From Lytechinus pictus (Eukaryota): a DNA stretch of 64,000 bases. A program made the translations under genes and the position numbers. This document shows, piece after piece, positions 39,390-50,779 of the stretch (position 1 is the stretch's first letter; every line of letters begins with the position of its first letter). Below the pieces are notes generated by a model. It saw only the letters and a program-made list of their open reading frames with translations. It searched no databases and was not told the origin of the DNA. The DNA is taken from contig NW_026974140.1 of the NCBI RefSeq assembly GCF_037042905.1, positions 622,001 to 686,000 on the forward strand, given 5' to 3'.

Positions 39390-42040
39390 TTGAATAGCCA
39401 CGCCCTCCCTGATCAGATACGTGGATGTATGTGTGCAAGTGTAATAAATATGGATAATTGTGCGCATGGGCCTGTCCTAGGGAATAATGAAGTTTGTTTC
39501 AAAAGCGCTTATCAATCAGCCTTGAATACCCGATCAGTCGCGCGTGTATTCAACATAAAGGGGCGTCAATCATGCATGGAATAGCCACGCCTCCTCTGAT
39601 CAGGCAGCGCATGTACATGTGTGTATAGGCATACAAATTGAGTTTAGCTTATTTAACAAATCAATATAATTGGTATACACAGTGTGAAATCAACCCGTCC
39701 ATTCCCCTATTGAACATTCAAGTCTTATATCATGATAGAGATTGATCATGCATGTATAACCCCGCCCACTCTGACCAGATACTTGGGTACCTGCGTGTTT
39801 TCATATTAGGACTGATTTGCAAAATAATAAGAAATTTTATAAAGCTCACATCCATCATGTCAATTACCAATGAAATAATCTAAATTCCAGGCGTAGTAGT
39901 ACTTGTTTAGGTATACGTTGACCATGCATGGAATAGCCACTCCCCCTCTGATCAGACACTACATGTGCATGGTGCATGCGGGGAACAAGATGTAATTAAC
40001 ATGTTAAACAAATCAATGCAATGACTATGCATATTGTAAATTCAACCCAATACATTAAAGGGAGGGGGAATCATCTAATCCTTGGGATGGCTGTTTACAG
40101 TGATTAACAAGATAATAAGACGATACAAAAAAATACGATAGAATGGTTTCCTATTAACTGAATGATGTAATCAACATGTTCAGTGGATCAATTAAATTGT
40201 CATTGTACATTGAGAATTCAATCCATTGTCCAATCAAGCATTTCAATGAGTATGGTTAAAAATAAATAAAGAATTCGTTACTAAGGTATTATCTGCCAGC
40301 ATAAAAATGTCATTGAAATTCCAGGATGATTATTTTGGCGCACAAATTAAGATCATGAGAGAACAAGCCAAATAATTATACCTATACGGTTCTTTAAAGC
40401 GAAAAAAATGTGTAGAATGCTTTTAACAAGAGTTATTCTTAATTCAGCATTTCAGGAGTGTAACAATAAACTACTCTGGACGGGCGTAGCCACTTCCCTT
40501 CCGATCGGATACTGCATGTAATTGGTGTATGCCGATAGACAAGTTGAAATTTACATATCAAACAAAATAAATGTTATTGGTTACGCATATTGTAAAATCG
40601 GCCCAAGCCTTCCCTATCGAGCACTTCAGTCGAGTATAAAAACATGAATAATGGATATAGATTGATAATGCATGTGCAGGTACAATACAATTCATCATGC
40701 ATGAAGGAGCCATACCCTCCCTGATCAGACACGTGGATTCACAGTTTGATCATGTAAACATGGTAAAGGATAGCCACACCCCCTCTGATCAGACACTACA
40801 TGTACATGGTGTATGCGGGTACACAAGTTTAACATTAACATAATAAATAAGTCATTGTAATCAGTTATGCATATTATAAAACCAACAAATGCCTCCGCGA
40901 TCGAGCATTTCGATCAAGGATCATAATAGATAGAGATTGATCATGCATGTATACATGGTATAGTCACACCCTCTCTGACCAGATACTTGAGAACATACGT
41001 GTTTTCATATTAGGATTGAACGCAAAATATTTTTTCTTACAAAGCTTCCATCAGTTATCAATTGAATACCCTGCATACCGGATGAATCAGTAGAATACAA
41101 GGATAGGTATGCGTCTTGTATAATTATCAAGGATAGGAATAGCCACTCCCTCTGATCAGATAGTACGTGTACATGATGTAGGCCAATGCGGGCATACAAA
41201 GTGACAGGATGACTAAACGATACCAAGAAAATTTTGAAGATAAAGCGGTTTCCTAATGACTGAATGCATTCCGCATTATAATCAACATAATAGATCATTG
41301 TGAATTGTGAGAAGTATAGATTCATGCCTGTCCTAGCGAACATTTGAGTACGGCGTACACGCATGTGTAGCCACACCCTCACTGCTAACTTACAAGACGT
41401 TTTGGCGCATGCGTGTTTTCAATTATAGAGTTTGTGGTAAGGCTCGTACCTATACCATTAAAACATATATTGACGATAAGCCACACCCCAATCTGATCAG
41501 AGAGTGATGTATATGTACATGAAAGCATGCAAGCGTAAGTTCATGCATGACCAACGGTATCCACAACAAGCATAGCCCAACAGTGATTTTACATTTCAAA
41601 CGAACCGTTTAAAATACTTGTGTTAATTACAGTCTCATTCATTGCTCGATCAAGCAAATGGGATTACATTTCCAGCGAATTGGTTGAAATAGTTGAGATG
41701 GTGAACTATAAATAATGCAATTACCACAAGAATATGATAATACCTCTGGTCTGCAGTACTAAGGTTTGTAAAGATTATAGAGGTACTTAACTGATGCAAA
41801 AGAAAACCCTGACAAATTAGAGATAAGTAGTAATCAATCGAGTGAAATTATTCAGCATTGAGAATATTTTTTAACATAATTGTCATATGAGTCGCTTACA
41901 CGCATGCGTAGCCACACCCTCACTGACAAGACCTTATGACGCATGCGTGTTTTCAATTATAGAGTTTATGGCAAAGCTCGTATACCATTCAAACATAAAT
42001 TAGCCATGTGTAAGCCACATATCACTCTGATCAGACAGTG
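39390..42040. repeat. Inter-ORF spacer array of ~13 TAGCCACNCCC(N)TCTGATCAGA motifs, repeated in each unit
   Basis: Motif at ~39393, 39581, 39756, 39933, 40486, 40708, 40770, 40960, 41139, 41367, 41478, 41908 and 42011. Confidence 0.85.
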
Positions 42041-43245
42041 ATGTAAAGCAGGCACGCGTCAGTTCACGCATGACCAACGGTATTAACACAACAATCATAG
42101 AACGACAATAGGGATTACATTTCAAACGAACCGTTTAAAATACTTGTGTTAATTACAGTCTCATTAAATGCTCAATCAAGCAAATGGGATTACATTTCAA
42201 GTGAATTGGTTAAAATACCTCTAATTTTAGTATAAGGTTTGCAAAGATTCTAGAGGTATATGATACAAAAGAGACAAATTGAGAAAAGTGGTAATCAATT
42301 GAGTAAATATATTCCGCATTGAGAATAATTTTTAACCAAATTGGCAAAATACACGGTTAAATACAAATATACATAAATAGGATATTACTAAACTTCTCAT
42401 TCAGTTATATTATTTAATGGCAGGCACTTTATCAGCCTTCAGAATTGAAGTATGCCTAATGAAAACTATGAAGTGTAATTGATAAAAACATGCTTCATCA
42501 TGTATGAGGATGGTTTGTTATATTAAAAACCCAGAGTCAAAATTTATGTTTTACTCCTCTATACATTTCCTTGTTTCCTTTTTTTCGAATGTATCTAATA
42601 TGTCAAAAGATATACATGTATTCATTATTATTATTATTTTTTTTTTTTTACATTTGCGAGGAATATAATTTGACATTACAGCGATGCATGATCAGTCCAA
42701 GTACAGCTGTGGTTAGTATGGTGGAAAAAAAATCGGTGAAACACTAAATACAAATACTGTATGGGAAGCGCCTTTGTGGCTTTTTATTTTCTCGTTTACA
42801 TATACTGTACGGGACTTTTTACAAAGTTATGGTCATATGTATCCAAAATATTGAATATCAGGTATTAAAAATGTGTGTTGTACACATTGCATAAATATTA
42901 ACTCTCTTCTTTTTTCCAACATGTTTTGAAGAAAAATAATTATATTTTTCCGCAGGAAACTTCAATAGAAGCAGATTTTGTCAGTGCCGATAACTTTGAA
43001 ATTACAGAAAGGACTAAAATGGAAAACAATATGATAATAATTTCAAAATTAAGCATAGTACATTTACAAATGGAGATCAGGGGTCGTTCTATCCGAAAGG
43101 CATTTGGTATGAACAAAAATAAAACGTCCGTTTTCGGGAAGGGAAAGGGAAAGGCGATGTATCATTCAGTCATTCAGTAAAGTCTCGATACATTAGAAAA
43201 ATGGGGAAGAAAGAGTCATATCACCTGTTGTAACGTTGATGTTGC

Positions 43246-44115
43246 TCAATCTCTGTAGGGGTTCCATGTAGTCGTACCTTTTTCCTTCCATTGGAGGACG
43301 ATTTTAGCACCTTGTAACTTTATTCTTGTAGATTGGTTTTTTTCCTTTCGCAACTTGTAAGCAATTTCGGCAAGGTGGCCACGTTGAGCTTTCAGGGTGG
43401 GAGGAAGGTCTGTCCTGACCGTTATGCGAGGGGGAGGTGATGATTGCGTTTCCGCTGCGATTCCTGGCTGCTGCGATGTTTCCTTTGGGCGTCTTAGGTT
43501 CTCGAAAGTTGATAGAATGAGATCTCTGTCTGGCATCCTGACGAATTTAGCGATTATCGGAGCGGGTCGGAAACGGGCTGCGGCACCGGCGTCTGGGGTC
43601 CGAGGTGGGTTGCGATTGGGTAAGCGATGTGCGTTGATGAGTTGGATCCCTTTTGCCCTTCCCTCGTCAACACCAAGAAAGATGAATACTTTAAGTATTG
43701 TTTTATATATATCCTCATTAGGCTCACCATCAACTCCGTAGAATAGCAGATTGGGTTTTCGGTTGTAGATTTCCATCAAGAGAAGTTTCTCTTTTAAATT
43801 GGATATTTCGTCTTGTAGTGGAGCAATGGTAGCTGGTATAGAATTCTCAACCTCAGCTATTTTGGCAGAATTAACCTCAATTGTAGTTTCCACATCTGTA
43901 AGGCGGCGATTAAAAGACTGAAGTTCAGTATTGATGTTATCAAGTTTAGACAAGATTTTGTCAGAAAAGTTGGCAATATCTCGCTGTAATTCCGAATTAG
44001 AGGGATCCGAAGAGGTTGGAGAGCTAGAGTGCACTTTATCTGCCACGGTGGCCGATGCGGCCGGCTGCTTGCTCGCAGTTTGTCGGGTAACAGGCCTCGG
44101 GCCATGGGATGCCAT
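43246..44115 (-). CDS. LINE ORF1: L1-type coiled coil plus RRM (Transposase_22-like) RNA-binding protein, 289 aa
   Basis: Heptad region followed by EIYNRKPNLLFYGV, AHRL, PIIAKFV and ITVRTDLP motifs. First ATG at 44115 (MASHG). Confidence 0.9.
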   Translation of the reverse strand: MASHGPRPVTRQTASKQPAASATVADKVHSSSPTSSDPSNSELQRDIANFSDKILSKLDNINTELQSFNRRLTDVETTIEVNSAKIAEVENSIPATIAPLQDEISNLKEKLLLMEIYNRKPNLLFYGVDGEPNEDIYKTILKVFIFLGVDEGRAKGIQLINAHRLPNRNPPRTPDAGAAARFRPAPIIAKFVRMPDRDLILSTFENLRRPKETSQQPGIAAETQSSPPPRITVRTDLPPTLKAQRGHLAEIAYKLRKEKNQSTRIKLQGAKIVLQWKEKGTTTWNPYRD

Positions 44116-44198
44116 AATTCGCAGTTGATAGAATTTTTGTGTAATCTTAATAGGTGGCAAGAGCTCTGCTCAGTGCGTCCGTTCAGCTCGAAGTCATG

Positions 44199-44453
44199 TT
44201 AAAAAGTGCTTTTTGCCTGAGGATACAAAGCGCTGCTGGTATTAACCTGGGTTTAGCTCAAGCTACCATCACCGGTGCTCAGTGCATGCAAGGAATTACT
44301 CCTGCTGGGTACCCATTCACCTCACCTGGATCGAGTGAAGCACAGTGTGGATGAATTCTTTGCTGACGGAAAACATGCCATGTCTGGGATTCGAACCCAC
44401 GACCCTCTGTTTGAAAGGCGAGAGACAGAACCACTATACCACAACGCACCCAC
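44199..44453 (-). mobile_element. tRNA-derived SINE (head and body), split by the LINE
   Basis: A box TGGTATAGTGG, B box GGTTCGAATCC; central block shared with the SINE at 1449. Confidence 0.9.
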
Positions 44454-45316
44454 TGTTGGTCCAAAAATTGATGGATCTTCAGGTTAATTTGAAGCTTATA
44501 ATTTGGTTTGTAGAATATCTCCAAAATAGGAAACAACAAGTCGTCATATCGGATCATCTTTCAAATGTACTCACAACCAGTACAGGATTGCCGCAGGGAT
44601 GTGTACTTAGGAATATATTATTTATCTTGTACATGTACACTAATAATTGTCGAACAAAACTAGAAAATACCTTTATATTTAAGTATGCTGATGATACAGC
44701 CTTGGTTGATCTCATAGGATTCTGATGACTAAAATTACATCACATGTCTAGATGAGTGTGTTACTTGGTGTGACAGCCAACTGTCTGAAACTTAACGAAG
44801 CTAAAACAAAGGAAACGGTTGTAGATTATCGTAAGAAAATTAATGTATCATCTAAGATAAAAATCCATGAAGAAGAAATTGAACATGTCTTTACAGTCAG
44901 ATATCTGGGAAATGTAATTTGGCAAAAAATTTGACTGGGAAGACCATACCAAATGGTCAGTTGCAAAAGGCTATCAAAGGCTTCATTATCTTTGAAAACT
45001 GAAGTCTTTTCATGTTGACCAGTCCATTCTTAGACTGAATTATATGAAGGAAGCAATGAAATTTAACAGACTTATCAAACAGACTGGTAAGATATTAGGT
45101 ATTCAAATTGAAGCAGACTTTGATTACAGACATAATGTCATTAGTGAGGTCAAATACATTCTTGCAGATAACAAATACCTTCTGCATACTTGTAGTTGCT
45201 ATGAATGGCTGCATTCCGGAAAACATCTTCAAAGTTTGAAGAGTCGTACAAACAGATTTTTGAATTCCTTTGTACCCATCTCAATAAGATCGTACAAGTC
45301 AACTCCTGATGTGTAA
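44454..45316 (+). pseudogene. 3' piece of the old Rex1/Babar-like LINE RT
   Basis: LLVQKL..WFVEYLQNRKQQV..TGLPQGCVL..KYADDTALV..LKLNEAKTKE..YLG..RTNRFLNSFVP, with stops and frameshifts. Confidence 0.88.
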
Positions 45317-46241
45317 TCTTTGATCTGTTATGACAAGTCTTTGATATGGACTAATGAGATATACATGTGGGAGTAGTAGAAATAGTAGTAGAAGTAGTAG
45401 TAATGATAGTAGTAATAATAACTATAAGAATGCTTTTAAAAATTATGATCATATGATTAATAGATTATTAACATTTCAGTTTGGATAATTGAGTTATTAT
45501 ACGTGTGTCATATAATTCTAAACACTGGATCTAAGTGATGGGTGAATTTGACACTGGAGGGTAGCATTATAGTGGTTTATGATGTGCAATTTCAAAATGT
45601 ATTTTGATTATAGTATAACTTAAAGGCAGGAACAGTGTCAGTTATGAACATACATTATGAATTTTAATACTTTTTAGAACATTTAATCACGGTCTTTGAT
45701 TTTTATCTAAATTTGTGCTTTTGTAATAGACCATGCAATATACTATTTTCTGAACTGTAAATTTCTTACGATGTTCTCTTATTTTTGTATACTTTTCTGT
45801 TCCATCTTACCTGTCACCCCTCAACCTATCTTTCCTAACTTATCTCTTTATCTTCTTTAGCTACATTTGCACATGCTCTTGCCTCCACTGTATATCTGTT
45901 TTCTTTAACTTCAACTGACGTTTTTTTTTATTGTTTTATACAGTGTATTTATAATTCAATGTTTGTGATGATGTTTTTACAATCATTTTTGGGTCATAAG
46001 GTCAAAGGTCATAGAGTTCAATGTGTACATACAGTGCCTTCTCATGATCAAGGTCAAGGTCAGAGATGTTATTGTATGAAAATAGAACAATTCTGATCTG
46101 GTTATGGCAGAGGCATACGTTTTGCCTGTTTGTGGTCGAGGATTCATCTTGTGTTTATTTCTGCTATTTTAGTTAATGCAATGATATCAGTTTGTATGGT
46201 ATATCTTGCTGTAATAATTTCTTTGATGGAACAGTGTATAA

Positions 46242-46641
46242 TACCCCTTTCATAAACCCAATAAAACACAATTATGCGGCTAATAGCAGCATAATTTGGT
46301 CGTAAAATCAGAGGAGGACAAGAGTTATCCGCATTATTCTGATGCTGCTATTATCCGCATAATAGCAGCATCGGGACAAGATTTTGAGTTTATGAACGTA
46401 TTTCCAAATAATGCGGATAATTGCCATGGTGCGGTCACAAGGTCACCCTTTTCCAACACAACCGCATCGGAGGGGGCGTGTCCAGTTGTCATTACGATTA
46501 TCCGCCTTTTTCAGGACGGGCGTTCGTAAAAATAATGCGGATAATTTTCGGAGTTTGTGAACGCAATTTTTATTGAATTATCCGCATTACTCTTAGGCGG
46601 CTAATTGGAGAATAGGTTTTATTCGGTTTATGAAAGGGGTA
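46242..46641. mobile_element. PIF/Harbinger (Tourist-like) MITE
   Basis: TIRs TACCCCTTTCATAAACC and GGTTTATGAAAGGGGTA; TAA TSD at 46239-46241 and 46642-46644; internal ATGCGGATAA repeats. Confidence 0.88.
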
Positions 46642-47644
46642 TAAGTTACACCACTGGAAATTCATAACTTATATATACTTAACTATATAGTTAACTATTG
46701 AAAATTAAGATTGAAACTTATAAATTGTAAACAATCACTATCGCCTAAGTTTAGGTCGATATGCAAAATACAAACTATGTAGCCAGATCATGAATATAAC
46801 TCTTGTACAATGTTCATGTACTTCTGAATAGTACCTCACGATATATTTATGCTAGTATGTTTTTATCTGTTCATCTTTTTGTTTCTTTAGTTTGATTAAT
46901 AAACAATTTTTTCACTTTAAAATGTAAGATTATGTGTTCAATTTTGTAATTATTTTTTTTCCAATTATGTGTGGTCACCTAGGACAACAAACCCAAACAG
47001 TTGAACCCAATCAAAAACCACTGAATTTTAGTTGACATTCTCTTGGAATTAGTTGGTATCAGTGGCTTTTAATATAATTAATTGGTCCGAATTAGATTCA
47101 TGTTGATGTCCTTCAGCTTCTAGGTATGGGGTCAGTTGGTCCCAATTGGTCCAATGGGATTTGAATAGGAGAGTTTGTTTCAACTGTTCCAGTAGGGGCC
47201 AACTGCCAATTTGAAACAACTGTGACCGATTGGTTTCAATAGTTAACATTTTGGATCAATGAATTGGTTTTCATTATGCAAAATATGACTGGTTTACCTC
47301 ATTTGTATGTCTTCTTCTTTTTTTTTCTTAAAAACTCGACAAAGTACAGTAGACTACAAATGCAGTCATGTATTTTTGTTATTGATAATTATAGGAAATA
47401 CTTGTGTAGGATATTTCACAAAGAAGATGTTTTAATTGGCATCACATATTAAGAATAAGTTTTTCAATCGAGAAATAAGAATGCATTCATACTTTATTAA
47501 AAACATCTATTTATCTAGAAAAATAGAAAATATGCAAATGAGGTTCAACAATATGATCAACAACATCGGTTGGTGTAACCGGTTAAAACCATTTGTAAAC
47601 TTTTGAAATATCTGGAACCTATTTGTTTTATCTACAATTATTGA

Positions 47645-48970
47645 CAATGATGAGACAATGATGATAATAGTAGTAGTTTATGCTCATGATGATGATTAAA
47701 TATCAACAGCAACAATAATAATAATGGTGATAATGATGATGATGATAATGATAATTATGATGATGATGGTGATGGTGATAATGATGATGATGGTGATGAT
47801 GGTAATCATGGTGATGATTATGAAGATGATAATGATGGTGATGATGGAGATGATGATAATGATGGTGATAATGATAATAATGGTGATAATGATGATGATG
47901 ATGATAATTATGATGATGATAATGGTGATAATGATGATTATGATGATGAAGATGATGGTGATGATGAAGATGATGATAATGATAATGATGATTATGATGA
48001 TATTGATGATGATGAAGATGATAATGATGAAGAGGATGATTATGATGTTGATGAAGTTGATGATGATGGTGATGATAATGATGGTGATAATGATGATGAT
48101 GATGTTGATTATGATGATGGTGATGATTATGATGGTGGTGATGGTGATGATGGTAATCATGGTGATGATGATGATGATGGTGATGACGGTAATCGTGATG
48201 ATGATGATTATGAAGATGGTGATGATGATGATTATGAAGATGATAATGATGGTGATGATGGAGATGATGATAATGATGGTGATAATGATGAAGATGATAA
48301 TGATAATTATGATGATGATGGTGATAATGATGATGATGGTGATGATGGAGATGATGATAATGATGGTGATGATGAAGATGATAATGATAATTATGATGAT
48401 GGTGATAATGATGATGAAGGTAATCATGGTGATGATGATTATGAAGATGACAATGATGATAGTCATGATGAAGAGGATGATTATGATGTTGATGAAGTTG
48501 ATGATGATGGTGATGATAATGATGGTGATAATGATGATGATGATGTTGATTATGATGATGGTGATGATTATGATGGTGGTGATGGTGATGATGGTAATCA
48601 TGGTGATGATGATGATGATGGTGATGATGGTGATGATGATGATTATGAAGATGGTGATGATGATTATGAAGATGATAATGATGGTGATGATGGAGATGAT
48701 GATAATGATGGTGATAATGATGAAGATGATGATGATGATGATGGTGATGATTATGAAGATGATGAAGATGATGATTATGAAATAAGATGATGATAATGAT
48801 GGCGATAATGATGATGATGATTATGATAAAGATGACGATTGTAATGATATTGATGATCATGATCATGATGATAATGATAATAATGATGATGACGATGATG
48901 ATGATAGTAATAAAAATGATAATATAATGATATAAACATTTATAACAATGGTGGCGATGATGATGATGAT
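47645..48970. repeat. Long degenerate (GAT)n trinucleotide repeat with an internal ~441-bp duplication
   Basis: GAT/AAT/GGT/TAT triplets; AGAGGATGATTATGATGTTGATGAAGTTG at 48031 and 48472. Confidence 0.95.
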
Positions 48971-50779
48971 CACTGGTGTAGCCAGGAATTTTCAATGGGG
49001 GGGGGGGGGCAAGGCGAGGCTGTGGATGGGGGCATCTCCTGGCCACAGTAGAGATATTTATTTTAATATGTGCATGAAAATTATTTTCTGTTCTGCACAT
49101 CAAAATTCTATATTTTAGGAGAACTTATATGAGAAGTAACATACTTATATTTTGTGTTCATTTCACATGGTAGGGATCGGTAAGTTATGTCAAGTGGACT
49201 CAATTAAAAAAAAAACGTCATTCACTTTAAAAACCAAGTTTCCACTTTAAAGTCGCAAGCATCTAGCATTCTAGGGTTGTCTGCAATGCTCGAAAGTTTT
49301 TTTTCGTTACTATCATTTGAATTAGTCCATTATATCACTGAATTATTATATTTCATGGACAATTAACTTCCATTCAAATCCTTTCTCTTCTCTTTTTCTT
49401 TCCTTTTTTTCTTTTATATACCCGGTTCATTCTCAATACGCGGGACTAAAGGGCGTGTCGCTCACTTGACGATATTCCCTTCATATCAACACAAGATGGC
49501 GTTTTTATTTCACAGGGTAATACAATAATATGAACCCTTTGTCGCTTACTCTTTAGATGCAAATATATCGAGGAAATGGGCCGGATTTGTTCATACATCA
49601 ACAGAATACATACTAAGGGTAAAAACGGAATACAGATATACAAGATTTGCTTCAGTTAAATGACAACTATAATGATTTGAAACTTGGTGCTTACTTAACA
49701 AGAATAAACATTTACATGTACATATATGTGAAAGCTGAAAATACAAAAAAAAAAATTATTGTCAGAACTCCGATGTAAACTATTTGCTAAAGCTGGTTGA
49801 AATATCTTCCTGTCATGGTGTTCCGATGTTATATGGTATTTGATAAGATGCTAGCTGCACGATATTTAAAAAAAATGCGTTTAAAACGATGTCGCTCACT
49901 TGAAATTTCATGAAATATATAATCTTTAGGAGTACCAACGGAAAATTATTTTTATAAAATCAATGATAAGAGCTCCAGCGCTGAAAACTTGGGAATAGCG
50001 AAAATATACATTTCTACAACCTTTCCATTTTGAATTAGGCATGAAAAATGATTATTCTGCCTGATATAGCAATTTTTTTAATGAAGCAGAATTTGCTTTT
50101 TCGCCTAAACTATACTCAGATTTTGGCAGAATGAACATAAGTAGGACAAAGGATCTTTTGTTGGTAATCAACCAGCGAGGACAAACGAATAAAAGCGAGT
50201 TTAATTTTGTCAGAAAGAATTAAAAAAAAAAAAATTGGGTTTGAAACTCGCTCTTATTCGTTCAAAAATAATTAAAAAAATAGGTCGAAAGTGTGCGTCA
50301 TTTTGCGTGTTAAAATCGCATATAAGGTGCTCAATTTGCAAGTGAAAGAGGAAGAAAGAATCAAGACTCCTTTCTCAAACCAGTCTTTAGACGGGTCAAT
50401 ATACGACAAAAAATAGCCTTACCCGGAACAAATTGCAACAAATGATTTTTCAACGGTATTTTGTACTATTTGACCTCAGGAATAACATACTAAAAATCTA
50501 CCAAAATCCGCATCCGGGAAAGTGGTTATTTTCAAGATGGCGTCCAAAATGGCCGCCATTCACTGAAAATGGATACAACTGACACATTATCCACCCTACA
50601 ATACTATTTCGGTTCATATTCCATGGTCTGGGGTACAAACATTGATTTAGGCTAGGATGCATTATGAGCCCTCCAGTGTACCAGGCAAATCCAAGATGGC
50701 GCCCAAAATGGCTGCCGTAGGCTGAAAATCCACAATTAATCTAAATTAGTTTTTTATTTAATGGTTTTAAAGGTGAAAT

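Larger units (their letters stand above)
23357..42163. repeat. Tandem array of four near-identical units: 23357-27669 (4313 bp), 27670-32505 (4836 bp), 32506-37339 (4834 bp), 37340-42163
   Basis: Identical ORF sets recur in the ORF track; the junctions are identical; only a handful of SNPs and indels differ. Confidence 0.97.
21654..44198 (-). mobile_element. Full-length non-LTR retrotransposon (CR1/L2 group, Crack/Daphne-like) with an internal 4x tandem amplification
   Basis: ORF1, spacer, endonuclease/RT ORF2, 3'UTR stem-loop and A-rich tail (AAATAAAAATAAAACAAACAAAAACAAA). Putative TSD TTATAAAGT (21646-21654) and TTAAAAAGT (44199-44207). Confidence 0.9.

Noticed and set aside
42620..42650. 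T-rich tract as the poly(A) tail of a separate ORF1-only element
   Set aside because: No TSD seen. The outer TSD, the split SINE and the 5'UTR complementarity favour a single element, although this is not fully excluded.
43397..44128. Plus-strand ORFs overlapping ORF1
   Set aside because: Antisense shadows of ORF1.
47696..49103. ORFs of 301, 353 and 466 aa (poly-I, poly-M, poly-H)
   Set aside because: By-products of the (GAT)n repeat.
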